64,000 bases of DNA, taken from positions 32,001 to 96,000 of the IMG/VR virus record IMGVR_UViG_3300028608_000008. One strand, written 5' to 3'. The notes beneath the pieces were generated by a model. The model was not told the origin of the DNA, did no database searches, and was given only the letters and a program-made list of their open reading frames with translations. The stretch is from a virus. Below are positions 63,808-64,000 of this stretch, piece by piece (the stretch's first letter is position 1; the number at the start of each line of letters is the position of its first letter). The position numbers and the translations under genes are program-made.

Positions 63808-64000
63808 AATCCTGTTGCCCGTTGCAACACCAATCGTCAAGCCTTCGCGTCACCTGACCACGCCGATGTTTACCGATTCGAAAATGTTTACCCACATTTT
63901 CCTGTCCCGACATTACGTTTCGGTTTACGGTGAAGCACTGTCGTACTACATCGTGCAGGACAACGCTCTGAAAGAAGCCCGGCGCAAAGCAGACAGTAGA
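63794..64000 (+). CDS. Hypothetical protein (truncated by window end)
   Basis: AGGA RBS, ATG 63794, frame open to the end. Confidence 0.5.
   Translation, partial: MGKGEILLPVATPIVKPSRHLTTPMFTDSKMFTHIFLSRHYVSVYGEALSYYIVQDNALKEARRKADSR

Overview
This 64 kb window looks like part of a large (jumbo-type) contractile-tailed dsDNA phage genome. Every supportable gene is on the + strand. 1-34.1 kb is virion morphogenesis: two tail-sheath paralogues, three tail-tube-like paralogues, three tandem fibre/Ig-domain paralogues, a probable prohead protease, scaffold, decoration protein, major capsid protein, baseplate hub genes and a tape-measure-like protein with a muramidase domain. An NAD-dependent DNA ligase and a GT2-TPR glycosyltransferase are embedded in it. 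34.1-42.3 kb holds nucleotide-metabolism and counter-defence genes (dCMP deaminase, dimeric dUTPase, NADAR, HD hydrolase) and a probable endolysin. 42.4-64 kb is an accessory, probably early, region of mostly unknown ORFs. From recalled gene content the phage resembles the Y3/JA11/AD1/Yoloswag-like 'hairy' jumbo myoviruses of Gammaproteobacteria; this is inference and was not searched. Most notable observations: (1) three copies of a fixed-geometry cassette in which a 21-bp inverted-repeat pair 74-75 bp apart brackets an extended -10 promoter, with an XRE-type HTH gene ending inside one arm; (2) an acyl-carrier-protein-like domain whose phosphopantetheine Ser is replaced by Glu, translationally coupled to a TraR/DksA zinc-finger gene; (3) a repeated intergenic hairpin with a compensatory base-pair change; (4) a recurring A-T/L-A-S-like peptide motif in head proteins, a candidate protease cleavage signal; (5) two candidate phage-specific promoter motifs. 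No tRNA, rRNA, CRISPR array or transposase was recognised by eye.
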